A stretch of DNA of 52,990 nt from Gemmatimonadales bacterium. Its GTDB lineage: Bacteria; Gemmatimonadota; Gemmatimonadetes; Gemmatimonadales; GWC2-71-9. The translations under genes were made by a program, and so were the position numbers. Numbering within the stretch: position 1 is the first letter of the stretch; each line of letters starts with the position of its first letter. Positions 1 to 9,152 of the stretch are shown in pieces. The DNA lies in the NCBI GenBank assembly GCA_036006105.1, contig DASYPZ010000033.1, positions 1 to 52,990 of the forward strand, read 5' to 3'. The notes below the pieces were generated by a model. It was given only the letters and a program-made list of their open reading frames with translations, did not search any database and was not told where the DNA came from.

Positions 1-1
1 G

Positions 2-352
2 GTGCACACCTTCCATCACGGCACCGTGATCGATGCGCCGCTCACCGGCACCGCCGAGGGTATGGTGGACGGCAAGCGCCGGTCGGTGGAGCTCCGCTTC
101 GAGAAGACCAGCCGGCCCGGCGTGTATGCGGTGAATAATCAGTGGGGAAATCGCGGCCGGTGGGTGCTGGTGATCACGCTGTCGCAATCGGTCCATGGAG
201 ACGACATCGCGCAGGCGGTCGTGACGGTGGCGGAGGATGGAACGGTCGCCTCGGTGAAGGTGCCGACCGAGCCGGGCCGGGAAGGCCCGTTTCCCCGCCG
301 GGCGACGGCCGCCGAAGTGACCGCGGCGCTCGCGCCGAATGCCCGGCCATGA
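2..352 (+). CDS. hypothetical protein, C-terminal part (probably 5'-truncated by the window edge)
   Basis: Frame is open from the window edge to TGA at 350-352. Third positions are G/C-rich. The stop lies in the loop of hairpin 335-366. No family recognised. Confidence 0.5.
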   Translation: MHTFHHGTVIDAPLTGTAEGMVDGKRRSVELRFEKTSRPGVYAVNNQWGNRGRWVLVITLSQSVHGDDIAQAVVTVAEDGTVASVKVPTEPGREGPFPRRATAAEVTAALAPNARP

Positions 353-366
353 GGCCGGGCATTCGG
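335..366. terminator. perfect 14-bp stem / 4-nt loop hairpin between convergent genes (bidirectional terminator candidate)
   Basis: CCGAATGCCCGGCC-atga-GGCCGGGCATTCGG read directly. It sits between the stop of the 2-352 ORF and the stop of 387-599. No clear U-tract. Confidence 0.5.
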
Positions 367-386
367 AGCGAACGTGGACCGCGGGA

Positions 387-599
387 CTAGTTGGGCTTCT
401 TGGTCTTGGTCGAATCCGGCTTGGCCATCTTGTGGCTCTTCTTCTTCTTCGGCGCGGCCTTCTTGGTGGTGTCCGTCGCGGCCGCGGCAACCGCCGGCTT
501 GGTGGGCTTCGGGGCGGCCGGCTTGGCGCCCTGGGCCATGGCTCCGGTGGTCAGGAAGCCGGCGGCGAAGAGGGCGGTCAACAGTTTGGTGCGGTTCAT
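387..599 (-). CDS. 70-aa secreted Lys/Ala/Pro-rich polycationic peptide (hypothetical)
   Basis: ATG at 599 is preceded by GGAG-N7. N-terminus MNRTKLLTALFAAGFLTTGAMA/QG is a canonical signal peptide. The mature 48 aa hold 14 Lys and 2 Asp. Third positions are nearly all G/C. A sigma-54-like promoter lies upstream. Confidence 0.65.
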   Translation of the reverse strand: MNRTKLLTALFAAGFLTTGAMAQGAKPAAPKPTKPAVAAAATDTTKKAAPKKKKSHKMAKPDSTKTKKPN

Positions 600-646
600 G
601 GTGCGTACTCCAGGCTCGGGGAGGGGAAATTCGTACCCCCCCAAGG

Positions 647-662
647 GGCAATCGCCATGCCG
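647..662 (-). promoter_or_regulatory. candidate sigma-54 (-24/-12) promoter
   Basis: Minus strand reads CGGCATGGCGATTGCC, against consensus TGGCACG-N4-TTGC. GG-N10-GC spacing is correct and 9 of 11 conserved positions match. It lies about 50 nt upstream of the ATG at 599. Confidence 0.5.
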
Positions 663-710
663 AGCGGGACGGGCCCTGGCGGCCCATTTGGAGGCCTGGA
701 TTGCGGGTTA

Positions 711-760
711 GTCGACAGAATGTCCGGACAACTTGTCGGGGCGGCGACAACTTGTCGGGG
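711..760. promoter_or_regulatory. candidate enhancer (UAS) for the adjacent NtrC-type activator: repeated dyad sites
   Basis: Two 15-nt direct repeats GACAACTTGTCGGGG (727-741 and 746-760, 19-nt period), each a GACAA-N-TTGTC dyad. There is also a palindrome TGTCCGGACA (721-730) and GTCGACA (711-717). The block lies about 75-125 nt upstream of the predicted -12 element. Confidence 0.45.
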
Positions 761-762
761 AC

Positions 763-2136
763 TCAGCCCGCGGAGATCCCCCAGCGCTGCAGCATCCGGA
801 GCAGGGTCCGGCTGGAAATGCCGAGGATGCGCGCCGCGCCCTCCCGGTTCCCCGCGGTGGCCTTGAGCACGGTCAGCACATGGCGTTTCTCGACCTCCGC
901 CAGGGGGAGGAGGGATGACTCCCCGGCGACCAGCGGATCGGACGGAGCGGCGGCCGCATCGGACCGGAGGTCCATGGGAAGGTGCTCCGGCCCGATGACG
1001 CCCTGCGCGGCGAGCACCATCGCGCGTTCCAGCACGTTCTGGAGCTCCCGCACGTTCCCGGGCCAGGAGTATCCCAGGAGGAGCGATTCGGCTTCGGGGT
1101 CGAGCGCCACCGGCTCGCGCCCGTGGCTGCGGGCCAGGTCCCGGAGAAAATGGTGCGCCAGCAACGGCAGATCCTGCAGCCGTTCCCGCAGCGGCGGAAT
1201 CTTCACCGTCACGACGTTCAGGCGATAGAAGAGATCGCCCCGAAACCGGCCCTGTTTGACCAGGCCTTCCAGATCCTGGTGAGTCGCCGCGACCACCCGC
1301 ACATCCACCTTGACCGGAACGTCGGCGCCCACCGGGGTGATCTCCCGCTCCTGCAGGGCCCGCAGCAGGCGGGACTGCATCGCCGGGGAAATATCCCCGA
1401 TTTCATCCAGGAAAATCGTTCCCCGGTCGGCTTCCCGGAACAACCCGAGCCGGGCCACCGCCGCCCCGGTGAAGGCACCCTTCACGTGCCCGAAGAGCTC
1501 GCTCTCCAGCACCCCCTCCGCCAGCGCGGAACAATTGACCGCGACGAAATGACGAGGGGCGCGGTCGGAATAGGTGTGGATGGCCCGGGCGACCAGCTCC
1601 TTCCCGGTCCCGGTCTCTCCGGTAATCAGGACGGTGGCCTGGCTGGTCGCGACCCGCGCCACCGTCTTCATGACCTCGATGATGCCGGGACTGTGGCCTA
1701 CCACGACCGGACGGCGCAGCTCGGCGCGGCTCTCCACGGCGGGAGCCGGCGCGGGCGTCAGGTGGCGGCGGTCCAGGGCCTGGGTGATCGCGGCGCGCAG
1801 GGTCGGGAGATCGTAAGGCTTGGAAATGAAATCATAGGCGCCGGCCCGGATCGCCTCGCCCGCGGCGTTGGCGTCCCCGAACGCGGTGAGCACGAAGACC
1901 AGTGAACGGGGGTCGCGGCTGCGCACTTCGCGGAGCAGGTCGAGGCCGCTGGCGCCCGGCATGCGCAGGTCGGTGAGCACCGCGTCGAAGGGAGTCGCGC
2001 CATCCAGGGCCCGGAGCGCCTGCTCCACCGTGAGGGCCCGAACCACCGTGTACCCCTCCCGTTCCAGCACCTCCGCCAGGAGGCGGAGCGCCTCCTCGTC
2101 GTCATCCACCACCAGGAGCCGGGCCGCGTCGGTCAT
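763..2136 (-). CDS. sigma-54-dependent Fis-family response regulator (NtrC-type enhancer-binding protein)
   Basis: Receiver domain (LLVVDDDEE...LTDLRMPG). AAA+ sigma-54 interaction domain with Walker A GETGTGKE, GAFTGA loop and ESELFGH. C-terminal HTH. ATG at 2136 overlaps the kinase stop (ATGA). Confidence 0.95.
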   Translation of the reverse strand: MTDAARLLVVDDDEEALRLLAEVLEREGYTVVRALTVEQALRALDGATPFDAVLTDLRMPGASGLDLLREVRSRDPRSLVFVLTAFGDANAAGEAIRAGAYDFISKPYDLPTLRAAITQALDRRHLTPAPAPAVESRAELRRPVVVGHSPGIIEVMKTVARVATSQATVLITGETGTGKELVARAIHTYSDRAPRHFVAVNCSALAEGVLESELFGHVKGAFTGAAVARLGLFREADRGTIFLDEIGDISPAMQSRLLRALQEREITPVGADVPVKVDVRVVAATHQDLEGLVKQGRFRGDLFYRLNVVTVKIPPLRERLQDLPLLAHHFLRDLARSHGREPVALDPEAESLLLGYSWPGNVRELQNVLERAMVLAAQGVIGPEHLPMDLRSDAAAAPSDPLVAGESSLLPLAEVEKRHVLTVLKATAGNREGAARILGISSRTLLRMLQRWGISAG

Positions 2137-3593
2137 GTCGCACCGAGGGCCGGCAGGGTCAGGCGCCAGCGGGTGCCGCTGCCGGCCTCTTCGTGGATCA
2201 GGTCTCCGCCCAGTGCGCGGGCCAGCCGCCGACTCACCGTGAGGCCCAGACCGGTGCCCAGCGGTCCCTTGGTGGTGGCGAAGGGATTGAAGATCTGCTT
2301 CTTGACCTCTTCGCGCATGCCGGGGCCGTCGTCGGAAATGGTGAGCCAGCAGGTGTCTCCCTGCATCCCGGCCCCCAGGGTGATGCGTCCCCCGGGGGGA
2401 AGGGCCTCCACGGCGTTCTTGAGGAGATTGAGCAGGATCTGCTCCACCAGGTCCGGATCGCAGCGGGCCATGACCGGGTGATCCTCCGCTCCATCGATCG
2501 TCGCGGTGACGCGTGCGCCGGCCAGCGAGGGCTCCATGAATTCGAGCATGCGCCTCGCCACCTCGCGGAGATCCACCGGACGCGCCGACGGCTGGGGCCA
2601 CGCCCCGCGGGTGAGCCAGGCGCGGACGATACCCGACACCCGTTCCAATTGTCCCAGGACCAGATCGACCCGCCGGGCCGCGTCTCCCGCGCCGTTGGCG
2701 CTCAGATCCTCGTGCAGCAGCTGGAAATGTCCGTTCAGCGTGTTGAGCGGCGTGCCGATTTCGTGGGCGAAACTGGTCGAAGCCTCGTCGACCAGCGCCA
2801 CCCGCTCCAGGCCGCGGGCCCGCTCCTCCAGCGCGAGGAGCGCCGCGCGGGCGTCGCTTTCCCGCTCGCGCCGCGCCAGCGCGCCCCGGAGCTCGTTGTA
2901 GCGGCGGGCCAGGCTGCGAAACTCCTCCGGCCCCAGCTCCGGAGCCGGGGGACCGCTGCTCGCGCCGGCGTACGCCGCCACCATGGCGCTGCCCAACGCC
3001 TGCAGCGGCGTCCCGATCCAGCGTGAGGTGAGCCAGGCAATGCCGGCACCGAGCACGATGGCCGCGATGCTGGCCAGCAGGTAACTGCGGCGCCGCTCGT
3101 CCCGCGCCCATTCCAGCAGACGGGCGGTGGAAATCCGGAGACTGAGCACACCGGAGAGATGCTTGCGGGGCCCCAGCGGCTCCGCCACGCGCCAGGCCGG
3201 CCGGTCGCCCCGCTCCTGCCAGACGACCTCCTGCCCGCCGGTAAAGGCGCGCTCGTCTTCGGGCGCGAGTCTCGGTGGCGTCAGGGAGTCGGTGGCTCCG
3301 GCCAGCCCGAGGCGTCCGGTTTTTCCCCGTGCGTACACCGTGGCGGAGGTCTGGCGGAGGTGGAGACCGGCCCAGGTCGCCAGCGCCGACTCCAGCGCGG
3401 CCGGATCACCGCTCGGGGCCGCGCGATTGAGATAGTCGGCGAGCGTGGAGGCCACCGCCATCGCTTCCAGCCGGAGATCCTCGAGTCGGGATCGTTCGGA
3501 CAGGGACAGCGACACCTCGGTGACCACGAGCACCAGCGCGATCGCCATACCCGCGGCGAGAATCGCGAGCCGGCGCGAGAGACCCATGGCCAT
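2133..3593 (-). CDS. sensor histidine kinase (two TM segments, periplasmic domain, HAMP, HisKA, HATPase_c)
   Basis: H-box SFAHEIGTPLNTL, N-box LLNLLKNAVEA, G-boxes DDGPGM and GTGLGL. Start chosen at MAMGLSRRLAIL just before TM1; ATG at 3656 is an alternative. Confidence 0.88.
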   Translation of the reverse strand: MAMGLSRRLAILAAGMAIALVLVVTEVSLSLSERSRLEDLRLEAMAVASTLADYLNRAAPSGDPAALESALATWAGLHLRQTSATVYARGKTGRLGLAGATDSLTPPRLAPEDERAFTGGQEVVWQERGDRPAWRVAEPLGPRKHLSGVLSLRISTARLLEWARDERRRSYLLASIAAIVLGAGIAWLTSRWIGTPLQALGSAMVAAYAGASSGPPAPELGPEEFRSLARRYNELRGALARRERESDARAALLALEERARGLERVALVDEASTSFAHEIGTPLNTLNGHFQLLHEDLSANGAGDAARRVDLVLGQLERVSGIVRAWLTRGAWPQPSARPVDLREVARRMLEFMEPSLAGARVTATIDGAEDHPVMARCDPDLVEQILLNLLKNAVEALPPGGRITLGAGMQGDTCWLTISDDGPGMREEVKKQIFNPFATTKGPLGTGLGLTVSRRLARALGGDLIHEEAGSGTRWRLTLPALGAT

Positions 3594-3691
3594 GGTCCAA
3601 TAATACCGCGGAGGTCGTGCCGGGGCCTTCGAACCGGCGGCACACGGCTTGCCCATGTCGGTTCCGGATCACTCTGGGGGAGTACCGCGCG

Positions 3692-4363
3692 ATGATGTCA
3701 GCCGTGCTCTTCGATTTCGGGGGGACCCTGGACGCCGATGGCCGGCGCTGGAGCGAACGGTTTCATCGGGGTTACCGGACCCGGGGCGGGGAGCTGGGCC
3801 CACACACCTTCGAGGCGTTCTTCCGCGCCTCGGACCGACTGCTGCTGGAGCGGTCCGGGGTTTCGGAATTCGGCTTTCATGAGCTGGTCTGGACCCAGGT
3901 CCGGCTTCTGCAGGGGTTGGTTCCGGACGCCTCGTCGGTGGATCCGGTGGCCTGGACCGAGGACTTCGTGTCGGAATCCCGGGACGTGGCGCTGCGCAAC
4001 CTGCCGCTCCTGACGGACTTGGGCCGGCGGTTCGAGCTGGGCGTCATTTCAAATTTTACCGGCAACCTCAGACCCTGTCTGCGTGACCTGGGGATCGAAG
4101 GCTGTTTCTCCGTGGTGTTCGACTCCGGCGTGGTCGGAGTCCGCAAACCGGACCGCCGCCTCTTCCAGGCCGCGTTCGACGCCCTGGGCCTCCCACCCGA
4201 GGAATGCTGGATGGTCGGTGACAACCCGCTGTCCGACATCGCGCCGGCCGCCTCGCTCGGATGCCTGACCTGCTGGCTGGCGCCGCCGGAGCGGCCGCCC
4301 TCGGCCATCACCCCGACCCGACGCATCGCCACCTTGTCCGAGCTGACGACTGTGCTGGCCTGA
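3692..4363 (+). CDS. HAD-superfamily hydrolase (subfamily IA-like, probable phosphatase)
   Basis: Motif I VLFDFGGTLD (the D+2 position is Gly), motif II VISN, motif III RKPD, motif IV VGDNPLSD. GGGGGAG Shine-Dalgarno lies upstream of ATG 3692. Confidence 0.85.
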   Translation: MMSAVLFDFGGTLDADGRRWSERFHRGYRTRGGELGPHTFEAFFRASDRLLLERSGVSEFGFHELVWTQVRLLQGLVPDASSVDPVAWTEDFVSESRDVALRNLPLLTDLGRRFELGVISNFTGNLRPCLRDLGIEGCFSVVFDSGVVGVRKPDRRLFQAAFDALGLPPEECWMVGDNPLSDIAPAASLGCLTCWLAPPERPPSAITPTRRIATLSELTTVLA

Positions 4364-4366
4364 CCG

Positions 4367-5098
4367 GTGCACGCGCTCATTCTGGCCGGCGGCGAGGGTT
4401 CGCGGCTCCGGGCCGACGGGGTGACCACCCCGAAGGCGCTGGTGGAGATCGGGGGACGTCCGCTGGTATTCCGGCTGGTGGAGTCGCTGCGGGAGCTGGG
4501 CTGCGTCACCGTCACCGCGGCGATTCGTCGCAGCGTGCTGGAGGAGGCGGTCACCCTGGCGCGGGACGCGCGCAGCGCCGGGCTCCAGGTGGTCCCCTGC
4601 GACACGCCTTCGTCGCTCCACACCCTGGCGCAAGGACTCGAGGCGGTGGCCCCGGGGCCGATTCTCTGCACCATGGTCGACACGGTGATGCGCGCGGATG
4701 ACTGGCGTCTCCTCTTCCAGCGCGCCGACGGCCTGCTCCAGGACGGCGCCGATGCCTGCGTCGCGGTCACGCCCTTCGTGGACGACGAGACGCCGCTCTG
4801 GGTCACCCGGCGGTCCGACGGGCTGGTCCGGTCGTTCGCATCGAAACCGGTGACGCCCGCGCTGGTCACCGGCGGTGTGTATTTCCTGAGCAGCGGCATT
4901 CGCGAGCTGGCCCCGCGGGTGATCTCGCTCGGGGTGACCCGGATGCGCGGATTCCTCAGCTGGCTGGTCGAGCACGGCTATCACGTGGCCACGGCCGACG
5001 TGGAACGCATTGTGGATCTCGACCGGGGTCGCGATCTGGCCCAGGCGGTGACCTGGCTCGGTGGGATCGCCCCGGCCCTTCCGAAGGCCTCCCTATGA
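4367..5098 (+). CDS. nucleotidyltransferase (NTP_transferase family, sugar/alcohol-phosphate nucleotidylyltransferase)
   Basis: N-terminal LILAGGEGSRL signature. GTG start lies 3 nt after the HAD stop. Confidence 0.85.
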   Translation: MHALILAGGEGSRLRADGVTTPKALVEIGGRPLVFRLVESLRELGCVTVTAAIRRSVLEEAVTLARDARSAGLQVVPCDTPSSLHTLAQGLEAVAPGPILCTMVDTVMRADDWRLLFQRADGLLQDGADACVAVTPFVDDETPLWVTRRSDGLVRSFASKPVTPALVTGGVYFLSSGIRELAPRVISLGVTRMRGFLSWLVEHGYHVATADVERIVDLDRGRDLAQAVTWLGGIAPALPKASL

Positions 5099-5958
5099 TC
5101 TATCAGAAGCGTCGTCACCTGGTGGCGATCTCCCGGAGTCCGGCGTACTCCCCGCTGCAGCACGGGGCCAACGACTCGGCGATTCTCGACGCCACGGTGG
5201 AGGAGCTGGAAGCGCTGGGCTGGTCCGCCCGCCGGGTGACCGAGCAGACGGTGGCCGCCGGCACCCTTCCCGAGGCCGACCTCTATCTCAACATGTGTCA
5301 GGGGCCGGCCGCCTCGCAGACGCTGGTGCCCTACGAGACGATGGGAGTCCGGTTCTTCAACCGTCCCTCGAGTGTGCTGACCTGTCACCGCCATCGCCTG
5401 GTCCCGGCACTCAAGGGCAGCGGCCTCCCCTTTCCGGCCACCGTGCTGCTGCGCACCGACGAGCCGCTCGGCGCCGTCGAATGGGCCGAGCTCCGGGCGC
5501 TGGGGCACGGTCCGGTCTGGCTCAAGCGGGGCGGCGTGCACGCGGAGCGGCCCGAAGACGTCGTGCCGCTCGGCGCAGTCTCCGAGGTTCCCCGCGGTCT
5601 CGCCGAGTTCGCCTCCCGCGGCATCGGTCTCGCCGCGGTCCAGGTCCACGTGCCCGGGTCGGTGGTGAAGTTCTACGCCGTGGCCGATGGAACCCTGTTT
5701 CACGCCTACCTGGCCCAGAGCGGCGCTCCGGTCACCGAGGCCGACGTGGATCTCGCGGCCCTGCGCACCCTGGCCTTCCGGGCCGCCGCGCGGCTGCAGC
5801 TCGACATCTTCGGCGGCGACGTGGTCATCGATGCCGAACGGCGTCCCGTGCTCATCGACCTCAACGACTGGCCCAGCTTCGCGCCCATCCGGGAGCGGGC
5901 CGCCCGCGCGATCGCGGGTCATGTTCACGCCACCCGCCCGCGGGGAGTACCCGCATGA
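5095..5958 (+). CDS. ATP-grasp domain protein
   Basis: ATP-grasp-like organisation: VWLKRGG...VVKFYAV...GGDVVIDAERRPVLIDLNDWPSF. ATGA overlaps with both neighbours. Confidence 0.72.
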   Translation: MIYQKRRHLVAISRSPAYSPLQHGANDSAILDATVEELEALGWSARRVTEQTVAAGTLPEADLYLNMCQGPAASQTLVPYETMGVRFFNRPSSVLTCHRHRLVPALKGSGLPFPATVLLRTDEPLGAVEWAELRALGHGPVWLKRGGVHAERPEDVVPLGAVSEVPRGLAEFASRGIGLAAVQVHVPGSVVKFYAVADGTLFHAYLAQSGAPVTEADVDLAALRTLAFRAAARLQLDIFGGDVVIDAERRPVLIDLNDWPSFAPIRERAARAIAGHVHATRPRGVPA

Positions 5959-7289
5959 CCGACGTCGCCGTGCAGCTCGCCCTGCCGGGTCCGCGATCCG
6001 CCGCGATCTTCGAGGCCGAATCCCGGTTTCTGGCCCCCGGTACCCAGTCCGTGGCCCTGTTCAGCCGCATCGCCTTCGACCGGGGCGAGGGGGCGATGCT
6101 CTGGGACGCCGACGGGAACCGCTACATCGACCTGCTGGCCGGTGTGGGCGTCGCGAGCCTGGGGTACGCCCATCCCCGCTATGTGAAGGCGTTGCAGGAC
6201 CAGGTGGCCCGGCTCCACGTCGGGAGCTTCGCCACCGTCCATCGCGCCGAGCTGGTGAAGCTGCTGGCCTCGGTCGCCCCGGGAGACATAACCCGCACCC
6301 AGTTCTACTCCAGCGGCGCCGAGGCGGTGGAGTCGGCGCTTCGGCTGGCCAAGTCGGTCACCGGCAAGAGCGAGGTGATCGGCTTCTGGGGCGGGTTCCA
6401 CGGCAAGACGTCCGGGGTGCTCCCGCTGCTGGGCTCCAGCTTCAAGCACGGCCTGGGGCCGCTGTACCCGGGGCGCTACAGCACGCCGTACGCCAATTGC
6501 GCCCGCTGCGAATTCGGACTTGCGTTCGAGAGCTGTCAGTGGCACTGCGTCGACTTCCTGGAGCGGAAGCTCGATCGCGAGACCGCCAACGATCTCGCGG
6601 CGATCATCGTGGAGCCGATTCAGGGCACCGCCGGCAACGTGGTGCCGCCGCCGGGCTTTCTGCGCGCCCTGCGCCAGGTCGCGGACCGGCGGGGCGCCCT
6701 GCTGATCGCCGACGAGATGATCACCGGGTTCGGCCGCACCGGAACGATGTTCGCGGTGGAGCACGAGGGCGTCGTGCCGGACATCCTGACGGTGGGCAAG
6801 GGCTTCGGGGCCGGTTTCCCGATGAGCGGGGTGATGGCACGCGAGAGTCTGGCGTTCGCCAAGCCCTGGGCCAATCCCAGCGGCAGCAGCTCCAGTTATG
6901 GCGGCAACCCGCTCGCGGCCGCGGCGGCGCTGGCGTCGCTGCGCATCGTGCTCGACGAGGGTCTGGTGGAGCACAGTCGGCGGCTCGGGGCGCTGATGCT
7001 GGCCGAGATGCAGCGCTGGGAGCGGGAGATCCCCATCGTGCACGACGTGCGGGGCCGCGGGCTCATGATCGGCATGGACCTGGTGCGACCGGGTACCACC
7101 GAGCTGCTCTCCACCCGGGACACCCGCGCCATCTTCGACGGCTGCCTCGCGCGCGGCGTCCTGGCGATGATCTACAACCCGGAAGTCCGGATTAACCCGC
7201 CGCTCGTGATCACCGAGGCCCAGGCCTTCGAAGCCCTCGCGGTCATGGAGGACGTTCTGCGTGACGCTGCCGACCGATTTGGCGCATAA
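5955..7289 (+). CDS. class-III PLP-dependent aminotransferase
   Basis: GFHGKT, EPIQGTAGNV, DEMITGFGRTG and TVGKGFG (PLP lysine) motifs. ATG 5955 overlaps the upstream TGA. Confidence 0.92.
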   Translation: MTDVAVQLALPGPRSAAIFEAESRFLAPGTQSVALFSRIAFDRGEGAMLWDADGNRYIDLLAGVGVASLGYAHPRYVKALQDQVARLHVGSFATVHRAELVKLLASVAPGDITRTQFYSSGAEAVESALRLAKSVTGKSEVIGFWGGFHGKTSGVLPLLGSSFKHGLGPLYPGRYSTPYANCARCEFGLAFESCQWHCVDFLERKLDRETANDLAAIIVEPIQGTAGNVVPPPGFLRALRQVADRRGALLIADEMITGFGRTGTMFAVEHEGVVPDILTVGKGFGAGFPMSGVMARESLAFAKPWANPSGSSSSYGGNPLAAAAALASLRIVLDEGLVEHSRRLGALMLAEMQRWEREIPIVHDVRGRGLMIGMDLVRPGTTELLSTRDTRAIFDGCLARGVLAMIYNPEVRINPPLVITEAQAFEALAVMEDVLRDAADRFGA

Positions 7290-8163
7290 GGGCGACGCGG
7301 TCGAGGAGTGGATCGATCTCCACTTCTTTCGTCCCGCCGGCATGCGGGTGGTGCGGATGCTCGCGCCGACCCGGGTCAGCGCCGATCAGGTCACCGTCGC
7401 TTCGCTGATCGTCGGTCTCCTGGCCGGTCATCTCTTCCTGTATCAAAGCCCGCTCCTCAACCTGACCGGCCTGACCCTGTTCATCGTGTCGGACGTTCTG
7501 GACAGCGCGGACGGCCAGCTGGCGCGAACCCGGGGCAGCTCGACCCGGTTCGGCCGGATTCTCGACGGAATCTCCGATAACGCGCGGTTCGTCAACCTCT
7601 ACGCCCACCTGATGATCCGATTGCTGCTGGCGCACGCCATGGCGCCGCTGGGCGTGGTGGCGCTGACGGTCGCGGCCGGGGTGAGTCATTCCCTCCAATC
7701 GGGCGTGGCCGACTTCATCCGTCAGGTCTACCTCTACATCGCGGGCGGCAGCGGCGAGCTGGACCTGCCCGAGGATCTTCCCGAACAGGCCGCCACCCCG
7801 CTCGGCGGGCTCGGCCTCGCGCTGTATCGGAGCTATGTGACCCGGCAGGCGCACTGGTGCGCCCGGTCGACCGCGCTGGTGCGAATTCTCCGCCGGACCG
7901 GGAGGGTGGCCGGGCTCGCGAACGAATGGGCCATGGAGCAGGCGGTGACGGTGCGCCGCGGAGCGCTGATCGCCCAGAATGTGCGGTTCCTGCTCCTCGC
8001 GCTGACCGCCTGCCGCGGGTGGCCGGCGGGTTTCCTCTGGCTTACCCTGGTTCCGCTCAATCTGGCCCTGATCTGGGTGTTGTGGTCCCATGAGCGCATC
8101 GCGGCCCGGCTCGGATCGATGGCGGCTCCTTCCCGCGACCTGCTCCCGGTGAGCGCGCCGTGA
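7261..8163 (+). CDS. CDP-alcohol phosphotransferase family membrane protein
   Basis: Exact signature DGQLAR-TRGSSTRF-G-RIL-D-GIS-D (DG-x2-AR-x8-G-x3-D-x3-D). Multiple TM helices. GTG 7261 overlaps the upstream gene by 29 nt; ATG 7342 is an alternative start. Confidence 0.87.
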   Translation: MTLPTDLAHKGDAVEEWIDLHFFRPAGMRVVRMLAPTRVSADQVTVASLIVGLLAGHLFLYQSPLLNLTGLTLFIVSDVLDSADGQLARTRGSSTRFGRILDGISDNARFVNLYAHLMIRLLLAHAMAPLGVVALTVAAGVSHSLQSGVADFIRQVYLYIAGGSGELDLPEDLPEQAATPLGGLGLALYRSYVTRQAHWCARSTALVRILRRTGRVAGLANEWAMEQAVTVRRGALIAQNVRFLLLALTACRGWPAGFLWLTLVPLNLALIWVLWSHERIAARLGSMAAPSRDLLPVSAP

Positions 8164-9152
8164 TCGCACCGCAACGGGGGGCCCTGCTTGGCCTCGGCGG
8201 GATCGCGAAGCAATCGCATCTGCCCGGTTTCCTCCGGGGTGAAGGCGTCGCGGAGCGGCTCCGGATCGTCGCGACCGTGGACGATCGCGCGGCGGGGGTG
8301 GAAGGCATTCCGCACTTCCCCGACCGGCACCGCCTCGCCGACCTCGATCTGGATTTCATCGACATCTGCACGCCGACCGCCAGTCATGTCGACCTGACCC
8401 TGTGGGGTCTGGAGTCGGGGTACGATGTGCTCTGCGAGAAGCCGGTGGCGCTGACCGGCCGTGAGGTGGCCCTGATCCGGGCCGCCGCCGGGAGCGGTCG
8501 CATCGTGATGCCGTGTCATCAATACCGCTACAACCCCGCCTGGATCCAGCTGCGGGCCTGGCTCGCGGCCGGCGCCATCGGGGAATGGCACCTGGCCGAG
8601 TTCCACGTATATCGGATGGCCGCCGACGCCGGTGCCGGCCCGACCGCGCAGCCGTGGCGGGGTCGAAGAACCGAGGCCCGGGGCGGCATCCTCCTTGACC
8701 ACGGCACCCATCTGATCTATCAGTTGCTGGACGTGGCCGGGCTGCCGAGACTGGTGCAGTCGTGGAGCGGACGGCTGCGGCACCTGCGGTACGATGTGGA
8801 GGACACCACCCACCTCCTGCTGGAATTCGACGACCGTCTCGCGACTATTTTCCTGACCTGGGCCGCCGATCGGCGGGAAACCCGGATACGTTTCACCGGC
8901 ACGGACGGCAGCATCGAATGGACCGGCGGACAGCTCCGCCTCCAGGGCCGCCACGGCCCGATCGAAATGGACTTCTCGGCCGAGCTGGACAAGTCGAGTT
9001 ATTTTCGCTGGTTCGCACGGCTGTTTCACGAGTTTGGCGACCGGATCGATCATGGTGACGGCACTCTCCCACTGGAGGACATCGCCCGCGTCACACGCGT
9101 GCTCGAAGCCGCGTATGGCGCTCATGCGAACGGCTGCCGCGCGGCCGTCTGA
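8160..9152 (+). CDS. Gfo/Idh/MocA family NAD(P)-dependent oxidoreductase
   Basis: N-terminal Rossmann fold (GLGGIAKQSHLP) and the conserved DFIDICTP...VLCEKP block. GTGA overlap with the upstream gene. Confidence 0.87.
   Translation: MIAPQRGALLGLGGIAKQSHLPGFLRGEGVAERLRIVATVDDRAAGVEGIPHFPDRHRLADLDLDFIDICTPTASHVDLTLWGLESGYDVLCEKPVALTGREVALIRAAAGSGRIVMPCHQYRYNPAWIQLRAWLAAGAIGEWHLAEFHVYRMAADAGAGPTAQPWRGRRTEARGGILLDHGTHLIYQLLDVAGLPRLVQSWSGRLRHLRYDVEDTTHLLLEFDDRLATIFLTWAADRRETRIRFTGTDGSIEWTGGQLRLQGRHGPIEMDFSAELDKSSYFRWFARLFHEFGDRIDHGDGTLPLEDIARVTRVLEAAYGAHANGCRAAV

Noticed and set aside
2137-3111. N-terminal extension of the response-regulator ORF (763-3111)
   Set aside because: The extension overlaps the histidine kinase in another frame and is Arg/Gly/Pro-rich. 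The receiver domain begins at ATG 2136, which forms an ATGA overlap with the kinase stop.
5061-5954. Upstream extension of the aminotransferase ORF (5061-7289)
   Set aside because: The extension overlaps the ATP-grasp gene out of frame and is Arg/Gly-rich. ATG 5955 gives the ATGA coupling and a normal aminotransferase N-terminus.
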